Shown here one piece after another: positions 32,601 to 40,943 of a DNA stretch of 64,000 nucleotides. The notes below the pieces were generated by a model that saw only the letters and a list, made by a program, of their open reading frames with translations, was not told the origin of the DNA and ran no database searches. Within the stretch, counting starts at the first letter, position 1; the number at the start of each line of letters is the position of its first letter. This stretch comes from Thermoanaerobaculia bacterium. Lineage in GTDB: Bacteria; Acidobacteriota; Thermoanaerobaculia; UBA5066. The translations under genes and the position numbers were made by a program. The DNA lies in NCBI GenBank assembly GCA_036504335.1, contig DASXVJ010000029.1, positions 26,885-90,884 of the forward strand, in the 5' to 3' direction.

Positions 32601-32652
32601 CCTCGCCTACCGGACGGCGGGCGCGGTCGTTTACACTCGCGCGCTCTCATGA
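29620..32652 (+). CDS. HEAT/PBS-lyase repeat protein fused to C-terminal CheR-type SAM-dependent methyltransferase domain
   Basis: GTGA overlap. ~18 HEAT-like repeats ([26 protein letters not shown], ...). C-terminus [21 protein letters not shown]...[12 protein letters not shown] matches the CheR MTase fold. Confidence 0.6.
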   Translation: MSRRPFISVVQETASPKPEVRLHAAAVLSGLGGTEAEEALAGLLSDSDHRVRARAVEGLAHAGPAGRATCTDILLDPASGVAGPAAARALAARGGAGGVLLEALSSPSPVVRLRAARELPPGASGPAVVAALEAAVRTETDADVRVELLLALGRTGRTEAVPVLLRALRDGGTFDRAHAAWALGLLGDPRAAARLLPLLDEPGVGACALAALSRLPAPEAAEELARRGARDPAAGPDLLVALSTSVCSAPGPVARRVRALWPSVTDAAQAALAAPGLPRGAAGALARLLARLDAAGAAALVVRHGPYPDGYGPLAELPPERLVEAARTALVVDDPEPALVLLVHGGVAVDPARLLAHSHPRAKTGALNRLVPGSTPLPDLLEILADDDPDTALAAAWAVSREAWREDGERARAAATALHDRASGHDGPGRAAALTALREQPGPAADGALRSAFGSSDAGTRAAAAAASAFRSDLTERDVLPLLEDDDPTVRAEALRTLTRLAGDGRSAIDSRRILRFLNDDAQVAAAAGALLVTLAGAERPRLAREMLAQRGAVRRAALETIGDLRDAASASAVAFAVLHEDVSTARAVLEAAAAAPPPIAADAVVSGLADRRPEVRIAAAAAAARAGEDLAAALGIPLAEALDRESDPEARAALLRAIAASGRADAIGAVTRALGTEAERSESRAAAESLARRFPEAVRGAWGAAPPRAGRAWGAAIEAARRPGAPAFPDDGADALRLLAGLARMRTGLDLDTETLRPRLGLLLGAEAWAAGSFRQLWRRMRDLPPSHALLARLVDSVADTTSRFFGDPAALDALAGEIAPERLLALGADGTLDVWCVACGTGEEAWSVAIRLAERGFGPNRRFRIRGTDLSPAAIRHAKAGVYGPHALRGVAEAVRTRHFQPLSNGRYRVREPLREAVYFEARALADEPPGAGKHDVIICHGLLAQLPAAARPETVERLGACLKPGGYLLLGREDHAYAASSPLAPVLLGSDLAYRTAGAVVYTRALS

Positions 32653-35123
32653 CGACTCCGTCCGTCCCCCCCTCACGCAGCGACGAAATCCGGCGCATCG
32701 AGACGAAGTGGCGCGAGCGATGGGAACGGGACCGCGCCGCGTTCGTCGACACGGGCAAGCCCGCAGGCGACGGCACGTACCTCCTCGTGATGCTGCCGTA
32801 CCCCTCGGGCGACCGGCTGCACGTCGGGCACGCCCGCACGTACTTCCTGACGGACGCGCTCCACCGCTACCTCCGGCAGCGCGGACGGACGATCTTCTGC
32901 CCGATGGGCTGGGACGCGTTCGGCCTGCCGGCCGAGAACTACGCGATCCAGAGGGGCGTCCACCCGCACACCTCGACGCTCGCGAACATTGCGGCGATGA
33001 AGGAGCAGTTCCGGGCGTGGGGCGTCCTCTACGACTGGACGAAGGAAGTCACCACCTGCGAGCCGGCCTACTACCGCTGGAACCAGTGGTTCTTCCTCAA
33101 GCTCCTCGAGAAGGGCCTCGCCGTGCGGCGGAAGTCCGCCGTGAACTGGTGCCCCTCGTGCGAGACGGTGCTCGCGAACGAGCAGGCCGAGGGCGGCGTG
33201 TGCGACCGCTGCGGGACGCCCGTCATCCAGCGCGAGCTCGAGCAGTGGTTCCTGAAGATCACGGACTACGCCGAGAGCCTTCTCGCCGGCCTCGACACGC
33301 TCGGGAAGTGGCCCGAGAAGGTCGTCACGATGCAGCGCAACTGGATCGGGAAGTCGGTCGGCGCCGACCTCGACTTCGCGATCCCCGCGCTCGGCGAGAG
33401 CGTGCGCGTCTTCACGACGCGCCCGGACACCGTCTACGGCGCGACCGCGCTCATCCTCGCGCCGGAGCACGCGCTCGTCCCGCGCCTGATCGCAAACCAT
33501 CCGGACGAGGCGGGGCTGCAGACGTGGGTCACGTCCGTCCGCGACCAGGAACGCATCGCGCGCGAGGCCGAGGGCGCCGAGAAGGACGGCCGGGACACGG
33601 GCGTCAAGGCGATCAACCCGTTCACCGGGCAGGAGATTCCGGTGTGGCTCGCGAACTTCGTCGTCGCGGACTACGGCACGGGCGCGCTCATGGCCGTCCC
33701 CGCGCACGACACGCGGGACTTCGAGTTCGCGAAAAAGTACGGGATTCCGATCGTGAAGGTCATCGAGGGTGGCGACCTTCCCTATACGGGCGAGGGCCCT
33801 CTCGTTGCCTCTGGCACCTTCTCAGAAAATTCCTCTTCCGCCGCCCGCGAACTGATTGCTGCGGAAGCCGCTTCGCGAAGGATCGGCGGTCCCAGGATCC
33901 GCTATCGCCTCCGGGACTGGCTCATTTCCCGCCAGCGCTACTGGGGGACTCCGATCCCCATGGTGAAGTGCCCGACGGACGGCTGGGTGCCGGTGCCGGA
34001 GAAGGACCTGCCGATCGTGCTTCCGCCCGACGCGCCGTTCACCGGCAAGGGCGGGAACCCGCTGGAGAAGGTCGCGGCCTTCGTGAACACCACCTGCCCG
34101 AAATGCGGCGGCCCGGCGCGCCGCGAGACGGACACGATGGACACCTTCGTGGACTCGTCCTGGTACTACATGAGGTACCTCGACCCCTCGAACGATCGCG
34201 CCCCGTTCGACCCGGCGCGCGCCGCCGAGTGGGCGCCCGTCGACCAGTACATCGGCGGAATCGAGCACGCGATCCTCCACCTTCTCTACGCGCGCTTCTT
34301 CACCCGCGTCATGAAGGACCTCGGCCTCGTCACGTTCGAGGAGCCGTTCTCCGCCCTGTTCAACCAGGGAATGATCACGCGCCAGTCCCCGACGGGGCGC
34401 GTCGAGAAGATGTCGAAGTCGCGCGGCAACGCCGTGTCCCTCGACCCGCTCATCGCGGAGAAGGGCGCCGACGCCGTGCGCGCGTTCGTCCTCTTCCTCG
34501 GGCCGCCCGAGAAGGACGCCGAGTGGAGCGACGAGGGCATCAGCGGGCCGGAGCGCTTCCTCGGGCGCGTCCGGACGGCCGTGGAGCGCTTTGTCGCGAC
34601 GGGCGCCGACGTGCGCGGCGAGCCCGCCGCGGCGGACACGCCGGCGGCGCGCGCCCGGCACATGGCCGTCAAGAAGCTCACGGAAGATTTCGACGCGTTC
34701 TCGTTCCACACGGCCGTCGCGCACCTCATGGAGTTCGCGACGCACGCCGCCGGCCTCGTCGGCGACGCGAAGGCCGACAGGGGAGAGACCGCCGCGACGC
34801 TCCGCGCGCTCGTCGCGCTCCTCCACCCGATCGCCCCGCACCTCTCCGAGGAGCTGAACGAGAAGCTCGGCGGCACGGCGAGCCTCCTCGTCTCCGGCTG
34901 GCCCGCGTTCGACCCGAAGCTCGCGGTAGAGGAGATCGCCTCCGTCGCCGTGCAGGTCTCGGGAAAGGTCCGCAGCGAGGTCAAGCTCCAAAGAGGATCT
35001 TCTGAGAAAGAGGCGCGGGCGGCAGCGGAGGCGGATCCTGCGGTGGCCCGGTGGCTCGTGGACAAGCAGGTCGTGAAAGTGATCTGGGTCCAGGACCGCC
35101 TGCTCAACCTGGTCGTGAAGTGA
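32649..35123 (+). CDS. leuS: Leucine--tRNA ligase
   Basis: ATGA overlap. [16 protein letters not shown] (HIGH), [39 protein letters not shown] and C-terminal LLNLVV. Repeat patches at 33816-33843 and 34989-35021. Confidence 0.9.
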   Translation: MTTPSVPPSRSDEIRRIETKWRERWERDRAAFVDTGKPAGDGTYLLVMLPYPSGDRLHVGHARTYFLTDALHRYLRQRGRTIFCPMGWDAFGLPAENYAIQRGVHPHTSTLANIAAMKEQFRAWGVLYDWTKEVTTCEPAYYRWNQWFFLKLLEKGLAVRRKSAVNWCPSCETVLANEQAEGGVCDRCGTPVIQRELEQWFLKITDYAESLLAGLDTLGKWPEKVVTMQRNWIGKSVGADLDFAIPALGESVRVFTTRPDTVYGATALILAPEHALVPRLIANHPDEAGLQTWVTSVRDQERIAREAEGAEKDGRDTGVKAINPFTGQEIPVWLANFVVADYGTGALMAVPAHDTRDFEFAKKYGIPIVKVIEGGDLPYTGEGPLVASGTFSENSSSAARELIAAEAASRRIGGPRIRYRLRDWLISRQRYWGTPIPMVKCPTDGWVPVPEKDLPIVLPPDAPFTGKGGNPLEKVAAFVNTTCPKCGGPARRETDTMDTFVDSSWYYMRYLDPSNDRAPFDPARAAEWAPVDQYIGGIEHAILHLLYARFFTRVMKDLGLVTFEEPFSALFNQGMITRQSPTGRVEKMSKSRGNAVSLDPLIAEKGADAVRAFVLFLGPPEKDAEWSDEGISGPERFLGRVRTAVERFVATGADVRGEPAAADTPAARARHMAVKKLTEDFDAFSFHTAVAHLMEFATHAAGLVGDAKADRGETAATLRALVALLHPIAPHLSEELNEKLGGTASLLVSGWPAFDPKLAVEEIASVAVQVSGKVRSEVKLQRGSSEKEARAAAEADPAVARWLVDKQVVKVIWVQDRLLNLVVK
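33816..33843 (-). repeat. Repeat-family copy R6, in-place patch in leuS
   Basis: revcomp GGCGGAAGAGGAATTTTCTGAGAAGGTG. Confidence 0.5.
34989..35021 (+). repeat. Repeat-family copy F11, in-place patch in the leuS C-terminus
   Basis: AAAGAGGATCTTCTGAGAAAGAGGCGCGGGCGG. Confidence 0.45.
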
Positions 35124-35173
35124 GAGACGATAGAAAAGACCGAAGAGAAGATTCTTCGAGTGGTCGCGGGCGA
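35123..35173 (+). repeat. Repeat-family copy F10 at the leuS stop
   Basis: GAGAGACGATAGAAAAGACCGAAGAGAAGATTCTTCGAGTGGTCGCGGGCG. Confidence 0.55.
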
Positions 35174-35734
35174 ACGCTGCCCGGAGCGCGCCGGCTGCGC
35201 CGCGCCTCCGGCTCTTCATCATTCAAAGAATTCTCTCTCTTCTTTCTCGTTCTCTTCGTCTTCGGCTGCGGTTATTCGCTCGTGGGCACCGGCGCGAGCG
35301 CGCTTCCCCCGAACGTCAAGACGGTCTGGGTGCCGACGTTCATCAACGACACGACGGTCGTGAGCGCCGAGCAGAAGCTCACTGACGCGGTCCTGCGGGA
35401 GCTGTCGGCGCGCGGACGCCTGAAACCGGTTCGGGAACGCTCCCAGGCGGATGCGGAGCTGAACGGACGCCTGACGTCGCTGAGCCTCACGCCGGTCCGC
35501 TTCGACGACGCGGGTCTCGCGGTCGAGTACCAGCTGACGATCACGGCGAACCTCTCCCTCGCCGAGAAGTCGACGGAGAAGATTCTGTTCAAGGAGCCGT
35601 CGTTCGTGTTCCGCCAGCCGTACAACGTGCCGGGGAGCTCGAAGTCGTACTACGACCGCGAGCGGGAAGCGATCGAGGCCCTGGCGCGGCCGTTCGCCCA
35701 GAGCCTCGTCACGACCATCCTGGAAGGGTTCTAG
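35162..35734 (+). CDS. lptE: LPS-assembly lipoprotein LptE (start codon unresolved)
   Basis: Conserved leuS-lptE neighbourhood. Lipobox LFVFGCGY. LptE-like body (TVWVPTFINDTT...YQLTITANLSL). No ATG/GTG/TTG lies between the leuS stop and the signal peptide. The signal-peptide h-region is encoded by repeat copy R7. Confidence 0.5.
   Translation, partial: GRGRTLPGARRLRRASGSSSFKEFSLFFLVLFVFGCGYSLVGTGASALPPNVKTVWVPTFINDTTVVSAEQKLTDAVLRELSARGRLKPVRERSQADAELNGRLTSLSLTPVRFDDAGLAVEYQLTITANLSLAEKSTEKILFKEPSFVFRQPYNVPGSSKSYYDREREAIEALARPFAQSLVTTILEGF
35221..35262 (-). repeat. Repeat-family copy R7, encoding the lptE signal-peptide h-region
   Basis: revcomp GAAGACGAAGAGAACGAGAAAGAAGAGAGAGAATTCTTTGAAT. 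Confidence 0.6.
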
Positions 35735-35740
35735 GAGCCC

Positions 35741-36070
35741 CTACTTCGCCTTCTTGGCGGCCTTGGGGGCCTTCTTCGGGGCGGCCGTCGCGGCCGGCGC
35801 TCCGGTGGACTTCGCGGCCTTGTTCGTCGTCTTCGCGATCCGCGACTTCAGGCGCGAGGCCGTCTTCTTGTGGAGGACGCCCTTGCGGACGGCGACGTCC
35901 AGCTCGGACATCGCGTTCGACAGCATGCCGCCGACCTTGGCCGCTTCGGTCTCGGCGGTCTTGCGGAGGTTCTTGACGACGTTTCGGACGCGCGTGACGA
36001 CGGAGCGGTTGCGGGCGCGGCGCTTCTCGCTCTGTCCGGCGCGCTTCTTGGCCTGCTTGGTGTTTGCCAT
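35741..36070 (-). CDS. rpsT: 30S ribosomal protein S20 with Lys/Ala-rich C-terminal tail
   Basis: MANTKQAKKRAGQSEKRRARNRSVVTRVRN... Confidence 0.85.
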   Translation of the reverse strand: MANTKQAKKRAGQSEKRRARNRSVVTRVRNVVKNLRKTAETEAAKVGGMLSNAMSELDVAVRKGVLHKKTASRLKSRIAKTTNKAAKSTGAPAATAAPKKAPKAAKKAK

Positions 36071-36100
36071 TTCGGGGGAGGTCCCTTTCTTTCGGTTTGC

Positions 36101-36976
36101 TTACCGGGCGTCGCCGCCGAGAGCCTTGAGCCGCTGGCGCGCGCTCTTGGCCTCGTCGGAGCCCGGGAACTGGTTGACGACGTAATTGAGCTCGACCATG
36201 GCCTGGGCCTTCTCGCCGAGCTCGAGGTGGGCGAGCCCCTTCTTGAGGTGGGCGGTGGGGGCCTTGTCGCTCTGCGGATACGTGCGGAAGAGCTTGTCGT
36301 AGGCCGCGATCGCCTCGTGCGGTTTCTTCTGCGCCGACCAGCACTCGCCCGCCCAGTACAGGGCGTCGTCGGAGAGGTCGGTGCGGGGGAACTTCTCGGC
36401 GTAGTCCTCGAAGCCCTGGCGGGAAAGATCGTAGCGGCCGCGCTGGTAGTCGGCCGTGGCCTGCGCGAAGAGGTCGGCGGGGGAGATGCCTCCGCCCTTC
36501 GGTGCCGACGCGGCGGCCGCCGCTCCTGCCGCGGGCATCGCGACGAGGCCGCTGGAAGCCGGGGGAGCGCCGGCCGGGGCCGTGGCGCCACCCGGTCCGG
36601 GCGGGGTCAGGGCGGAGGCGGCGGCGGAGCTCGACCGGGACTGGACTTCGGCGATCTGCTGCGAGAGCTGGGAGAGCCTCCGGTTCGTGTCCTCGAGCTT
36701 GCCGGCGAGCGTCTGCATCTCGCGCGTCAGCTCGTCGAACTTCGCCCCGAGATCGGCGTTCGAGCGCAGGAGCGTGGCCGACTGCTTCGCGAGCGAGTCG
36801 TTGAGCTTCGCCATCTCGTCCTTGGAGGACGACTGCTTCTGGAGCGTATCGACCTGCTTTTCGACGACACTGACGTGCTTGTGGAGCCCGTCGATGTCGG
36901 TGCCGCTCACGCAGCCCGCCGCGGACGCGAGAAGGCCCGCGGCCGCGAGCGCCCGGAGCCCCCGCACGCGCGTCAC
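36101..36976 (-). CDS. cpoB: Tol-Pal system protein YbgF/CpoB (coiled-coil + TPR)
   Basis: Signal/lipobox LLASAAGC, N-terminal coiled coil and C-terminal TPR (YWAGECW...YPQSDKAPTAHLKKG). GTG start 36976 overlaps pal. Confidence 0.65.
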   Translation of the reverse strand: MTRVRGLRALAAAGLLASAAGCVSGTDIDGLHKHVSVVEKQVDTLQKQSSSKDEMAKLNDSLAKQSATLLRSNADLGAKFDELTREMQTLAGKLEDTNRRLSQLSQQIAEVQSRSSSAAASALTPPGPGGATAPAGAPPASSGLVAMPAAGAAAAASAPKGGGISPADLFAQATADYQRGRYDLSRQGFEDYAEKFPRTDLSDDALYWAGECWSAQKKPHEAIAAYDKLFRTYPQSDKAPTAHLKKGLAHLELGEKAQAMVELNYVVNQFPGSDEAKSARQRLKALGGDAR

Positions 36977-37527
36977 TTCGCGGTCACGACGAAATGCCCG
37001 CGGCGGTTCTTCGCCCACGAGTCCTCGTCGTGTCCGGTCGCGAAGGGGCGCTCCTTGCCGTAAGACACCGTCTTGACGCGGCCGGCGTCGACGCCGAGGG
37101 AGACGAGGTATTCCTTGGCGGAGTTCGCGCGGCGGTCGCCGAGCGCGAGGTTGTACTGCGCCGTTCCGCGCTCGTCGCAGTGGCCCTCGATCGTGAACGC
37201 GATCGTCGGGTGGGACTTGAGCCACGCCGCGTTGGCGGCGAGGACGTCGCGGGCGTCGCCGCGGAGGTCGGCCTTGTCGTAGTCGAAGAACACGGGCTTC
37301 AGGTAGCTCGAGACGCGGTCGAGCGACATCGCCTTGATGTCCTCCTCGGCCGAGCGCGGGGTCGGCTTCGGCGTCGGGGCGGGCGTCGGCTCGAGGGTGA
37401 CGACCGTGGGCGTGGGCGTCGCCGCGGGCGGCGGAGGCGGCGGTTCCGGCGCGGGCTTCGGGGAGCAGGCCACGACCAGCGCCACGGCCGCGAGAGCGAG
37501 GGTTCCATTCTTCACGAGGTTCTTCAT
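36973..37527 (-). CDS. pal: Peptidoglycan-associated lipoprotein Pal (OmpA-like)
   Basis: Lipobox LVVAC, Pro-rich linker and OmpA domain FDYDKADL...IEGHCDERGT.QYNLALGDRRA. Confidence 0.8.
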   Translation of the reverse strand: MKNLVKNGTLALAAVALVVACSPKPAPEPPPPPPAATPTPTVVTLEPTPAPTPKPTPRSAEEDIKAMSLDRVSSYLKPVFFDYDKADLRGDARDVLAANAAWLKSHPTIAFTIEGHCDERGTAQYNLALGDRRANSAKEYLVSLGVDAGRVKTVSYGKERPFATGHDEDSWAKNRRGHFVVTAK

Positions 37528-37606
37528 GAGGGAGTCCTTCCGTTCTGAGAAGAAAAGGTGCGAACAATGCCCGGAGGCGTGACGACCGCCTCCGGGAGGG
37601 AGGTTT

Positions 37607-38998
37607 CTATTCTAGCGTCTTGATCCACGCGGGCGAGAAATTGTTCCCGGTAGACGTGACGATGCGCATCGCGGAGCCGTCCGCGTTCGCAACCGCGATC
37701 TGCGTCGAGCTGCCCCGCATGACCTCCCACGCGATCTTCGTGCCGTCCGGAGACCACGTCGGGTTCTCGTGCGCGCCGGGGCCCTCGGAGATCTGCAGGG
37801 TGCGGCCCGTCCCGATCTCCATGACGCAGATCTGGAAGTCGCCCTCGTTGCGGCAGGCGAACGCGATCCGTCCGCCGTCCGGCGAGAAGGCCGCCTCGTC
37901 GTTCCAGCTCCCGGCGAGCGAGACGCGACGGACGTTCGCTCCCTCGAGATCCATCATGTAGATCTGCGGCGAGCCCTGGCGATTGGACGTGAAGGCGAGC
38001 TCGCGGCCGTTCGGGGACCAGCGCGGCGTGGAATCGATGGCGACGTTCTCCGTCAGCCTCTTCAGTCCCGAGCCGTCCGTCTGGACGGTGTAGATTTCCG
38101 GGTTTCCCCTCACGCTCCCGCAGAAAGCAATCGTCTTGCCGTCGGGAGAGAACGAGGGGGACGCGTTGAGCTGTGTGGAGAGAGGCACGCGGAATTTGTC
38201 GGCGCCGTCCCGGCCGATGAGGAACACTCCCGGATTGTCCTTCTCGTACGACTGGTAGACGATCTTCTTTCCGTCCGGGGACCAGTCGGGGGCGAGAGAG
38301 AGCGTGCGCGAGGTCGTGACCCGGCGCTGGGTCTCGCCGTCGAAGTCCATCGTGTAGATCTCCTTCACCCGCGGCTCGTCGCGGTCGGAGACGAAGGCGA
38401 TCTTCGTGAGGTACGGCCCGGGCTTGCCGGTGAAACTGCGCGTGAGGTCGTTCGCGAGCGTGTGCGCGATGCGCCGCGATGCCGCAAGCGGGCCCGAGTA
38501 CTTCTTGGCGAGGATCGGCTGGAGGGTCCCGAGGTCGTAGAGCTGGGCCTCGACGACGATGCTCGCGTCGTTCTCCTGCGTGAGCCGCGTGTCGAGGAGG
38601 TACTGCGCGGAGGACGCCTTCCACTGATCGCCTTCCGAACGGTTGCGCGGCGGGCGAAGGCCCTTCGGGTAGAGCGTCGGGTCCGAGACGAGGAAAACGC
38701 GCGAGCCCGACAGGTCGTCGTTGAGCGTCGTGAAGAACGGGTCGACGGCGCCCTTCTGGAGCTCCGGCTTGAGCGACGCGATCGTGACGGGGATCGCGAG
38801 CGGGATCCGCGCGCCCTTGGCCCCGAGGATGTCGATGACGACGTTGCTCGGAAGCGACGAGACCGGCGGTGCGACGGGGCCCGTGCCGGGCTTGCCGTTC
38901 GCCGGCGTGGGCTGGGCATGCGCGCCCGCCGCGGCGGCGGCGAGGACGGCGGCGGCCAGGGTGCGGATCGGTGTCGGACGGTTCACGAGGCCTCCCAT
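37607..38998 (-). CDS. tolB: Tol-Pal system beta-propeller protein TolB
   Basis: Repeated SPDG..IAF / P.WSPDG propeller blades (PDWSPDGKKIVY, FSPDGKTIAF, PRWSPNGRELAF, PTWSPDGTKIAW). Confidence 0.8.
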   Translation of the reverse strand: MGGLVNRPTPIRTLAAAVLAAAAAGAHAQPTPANGKPGTGPVAPPVSSLPSNVVIDILGAKGARIPLAIPVTIASLKPELQKGAVDPFFTTLNDDLSGSRVFLVSDPTLYPKGLRPPRNRSEGDQWKASSAQYLLDTRLTQENDASIVVEAQLYDLGTLQPILAKKYSGPLAASRRIAHTLANDLTRSFTGKPGPYLTKIAFVSDRDEPRVKEIYTMDFDGETQRRVTTSRTLSLAPDWSPDGKKIVYQSYEKDNPGVFLIGRDGADKFRVPLSTQLNASPSFSPDGKTIAFCGSVRGNPEIYTVQTDGSGLKRLTENVAIDSTPRWSPNGRELAFTSNRQGSPQIYMMDLEGANVRRVSLAGSWNDEAAFSPDGGRIAFACRNEGDFQICVMEIGTGRTLQISEGPGAHENPTWSPDGTKIAWEVMRGSSTQIAVANADGSAMRIVTSTGNNFSPAWIKTLE

Positions 38999-39009
38999 GA
39001 CGACGGTTA

Positions 39010-39804
39010 TCAGCGGAATCGCAGGTGGACGCCGAGCTGCTCGTTGCGGTAGTCGTTCGGCAGCGGCGGAAGCGGGTTCGCGGCGTAGACGGCGCGGACG
39101 GCGGCGCGGTCGTAATAGTTCGCCCCGGAGCCGGATTCGACCTTCACGTCCGTGACCTGGCCCGAGCGCTGGATGCGGAAGGAAACGGTGCAGAGCGACC
39201 CGTCGGGAGCGTCCGGACGGAACCAGTTCGCGCCGATGAGCGAGACGAGCTGCTGCACGTAGTACGAGAACGGGAAGTCGGCGTCGAACGCGGCCACGTC
39301 GGCGCCGAAGCTCAAAGACGCGCCCGTCCCGCCGGCGGCCCCGCTCGGGAGGCCCGGCGCGCTCGGCAGGTCGACCGCGGGAGCGCCCTTCCCCGGAGCC
39401 GCCGCGGGCTTCGGGGGCGTGGGCGTCACCTTCGCGGATTTCAGCGAAGGCATCGCGTTCGGCGACGGCTCGACCTTCTCGACCTTTTTCTTCTCGATGA
39501 CGGGCCGTGCCTTCACGGGCTCGGGGACCGGTTCGGCGACCGGTGCCGGAGCCACAGGGGCGGGCGCGGCCTCCGGCCTTCCGAGGGCGGCCGGGCTGAC
39601 GACGTGAACCGGGAGCGAGATCGGGATCGCGACCGGCACGTGCCGCTGGCGGCTCGTGAGGATCACGGCGGCGACGAACGCGCCGTGGGCGAGCACCGAG
39701 AGCCCGGCCGCCAGCGGGGCCGGGGGCCGGCCGCCGCGCGCGCGCCGCGCGAGGATCTCCGAGACCGTGAGCGGTGCGCCGACGGCAGCCGTGTTCACGG
39801 CCAC
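39010..39804 (-). CDS. tolA: TolA-like protein (TonB/TolA C-terminal domain)
   Basis: N-terminal TM, Pro/Ala/Lys-rich spacer and C-terminal TonB_C-like fold. Position in the tol cluster. Confidence 0.55.
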   Translation of the reverse strand: MAVNTAAVGAPLTVSEILARRARGGRPPAPLAAGLSVLAHGAFVAAVILTSRQRHVPVAIPISLPVHVVSPAALGRPEAAPAPVAPAPVAEPVPEPVKARPVIEKKKVEKVEPSPNAMPSLKSAKVTPTPPKPAAAPGKGAPAVDLPSAPGLPSGAAGGTGASLSFGADVAAFDADFPFSYYVQQLVSLIGANWFRPDAPDGSLCTVSFRIQRSGQVTDVKVESGSGANYYDRAAVRAVYAANPLPPLPNDYRNEQLGVHLRFR

Positions 39805-39817
39805 GTCGCCGCCTCTC

Positions 39818-40240
39818 TCAACGCCGGTCCTCCGATTTCAGCTCCGTCACCATGCCGAGACTCTCCACGCCCAGCCGGTTGAGCGTATCCATCATTTCGA
39901 CCACCGATCCGTAGGGAAGGTTCCGGTCCGCCTTGAGATAAACGGACTTGTCCCGGCGCCGGGAGAGGACGAGCTGGAGACGGTCCTTGAGTTGCGCCTT
40001 CGCGACGGGCGTCTCGTTGAGGTAGTAATTGCCGCTCTTGGTGATCGAGAGGATCAGGGGATCCTCGGGAGTCTTCGGGAGGTTCTGGGCGACGGACTTC
40101 GGCAGCTGCACTTCCACTCCCTGATGGAGGAGTGGCGCCGTGACCATGAAGATCACAAGGAGGACGAGCATGACGTCCACGAGGGGCGTCACGTTGATGT
40201 CGTGGAACGAGTCGGCCTCGTCGTCGAGCTTGAACGCCAC
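39818..40240 (-). CDS. tolR: Biopolymer transport protein TolR/ExbD
   Basis: INVTPLVDVMLVLLVIFMVTAP...YLKADRNLPYGSVVEMMD. Confidence 0.8.
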   Translation of the reverse strand: MAFKLDDEADSFHDINVTPLVDVMLVLLVIFMVTAPLLHQGVEVQLPKSVAQNLPKTPEDPLILSITKSGNYYLNETPVAKAQLKDRLQLVLSRRRDKSVYLKADRNLPYGSVVEMMDTLNRLGVESLGMVTELKSEDRR

Positions 40241-40247
40241 GGCAGCC

Positions 40248-40943
40248 TCAGGTGAAGTGGCGCTCGGCCAGGTTCATGAATTCGAGCGCGAAGTCCCGCA
40301 TCTCGCCGCGCGCCGCGCGGACGCGGGCGTTGAAGTTGTTGTACGCGATGAGGGCGGGGACGGCCGCCACGAGGCCCGCGGCCGTGTTGATGAGCGCCTC
40401 CGCGATGCCGGGCGCCACGACGACGATCGACGTCGAGCCCTTCGAGGCGATCTGCGAGAACGAGATCAGGATGCCCATGACCGTGCCGAAGAGACCGATG
40501 AACGGCGTCGCCGAAGCGGTGGTCGCGAGAAACGAGAGCCCGCGCGTGAGGCGCGTCGTCTCGACGCCGGCCGCGCGCTCGAGGGCGCGCTCGATGGAGG
40601 CGAGGCTCTTCACGAAGAGCCGGCCCGTGTCCGCGGGCGCGACCTCGCGGCCGTCCTTCACCTGCTGGTCGAGCTCGGCGTAGCCCGCGCGGAAGATCCC
40701 GACGAGCGGGCTCGGCTCGCACGTGTCGCAGATGCCGAGAACGTCGGCGAACTTGCGGCTCTTGCGGAAGTGCGCGAGGAACGCGCGTGAGCTCGCGCCC
40801 GCGCGTGAGAAACTCCAGATCTTGCCGATGATGATCGCCCACGACACCAGCGAGAAGAACGCGAGGACGACGAGGACGGCCTTGGCCGTGGGTCCGGCCG
40901 TGAGGAACAGCTGGACCAGGTTCGATCCGTTCGATTCGGGCAT
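40248..40943 (-). CDS. tolQ: Proton-channel protein TolQ/ExbB (MotA family)
   Basis: LASIERALERA...FLATTASATPFIGLFGTVMGI...GIAEALINTAAGLVAAVPAL. Confidence 0.8.
   Translation of the reverse strand: MPESNGSNLVQLFLTAGPTAKAVLVVLAFFSLVSWAIIIGKIWSFSRAGASSRAFLAHFRKSRKFADVLGICDTCEPSPLVGIFRAGYAELDQQVKDGREVAPADTGRLFVKSLASIERALERAAGVETTRLTRGLSFLATTASATPFIGLFGTVMGILISFSQIASKGSTSIVVVAPGIAEALINTAAGLVAAVPALIAYNNFNARVRAARGEMRDFALEFMNLAERHFT

Noticed and set aside
35734-35741. TAGGAGCCCCTA palindrome between convergent lptE and rpsT as a bidirectional terminator
   Set aside because: The stem is only 4 bp and there is no T-tract. It is too weak to call.
38085-38135. Weak motif similarity (ATTGCTTTCTGCGGGAGCGTGAGGGGAAAC) inside tolB
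   Set aside because: It has too few core matches. It encodes a normal propeller blade (TIAFCGSVRGNPEIY) with native codon usage.
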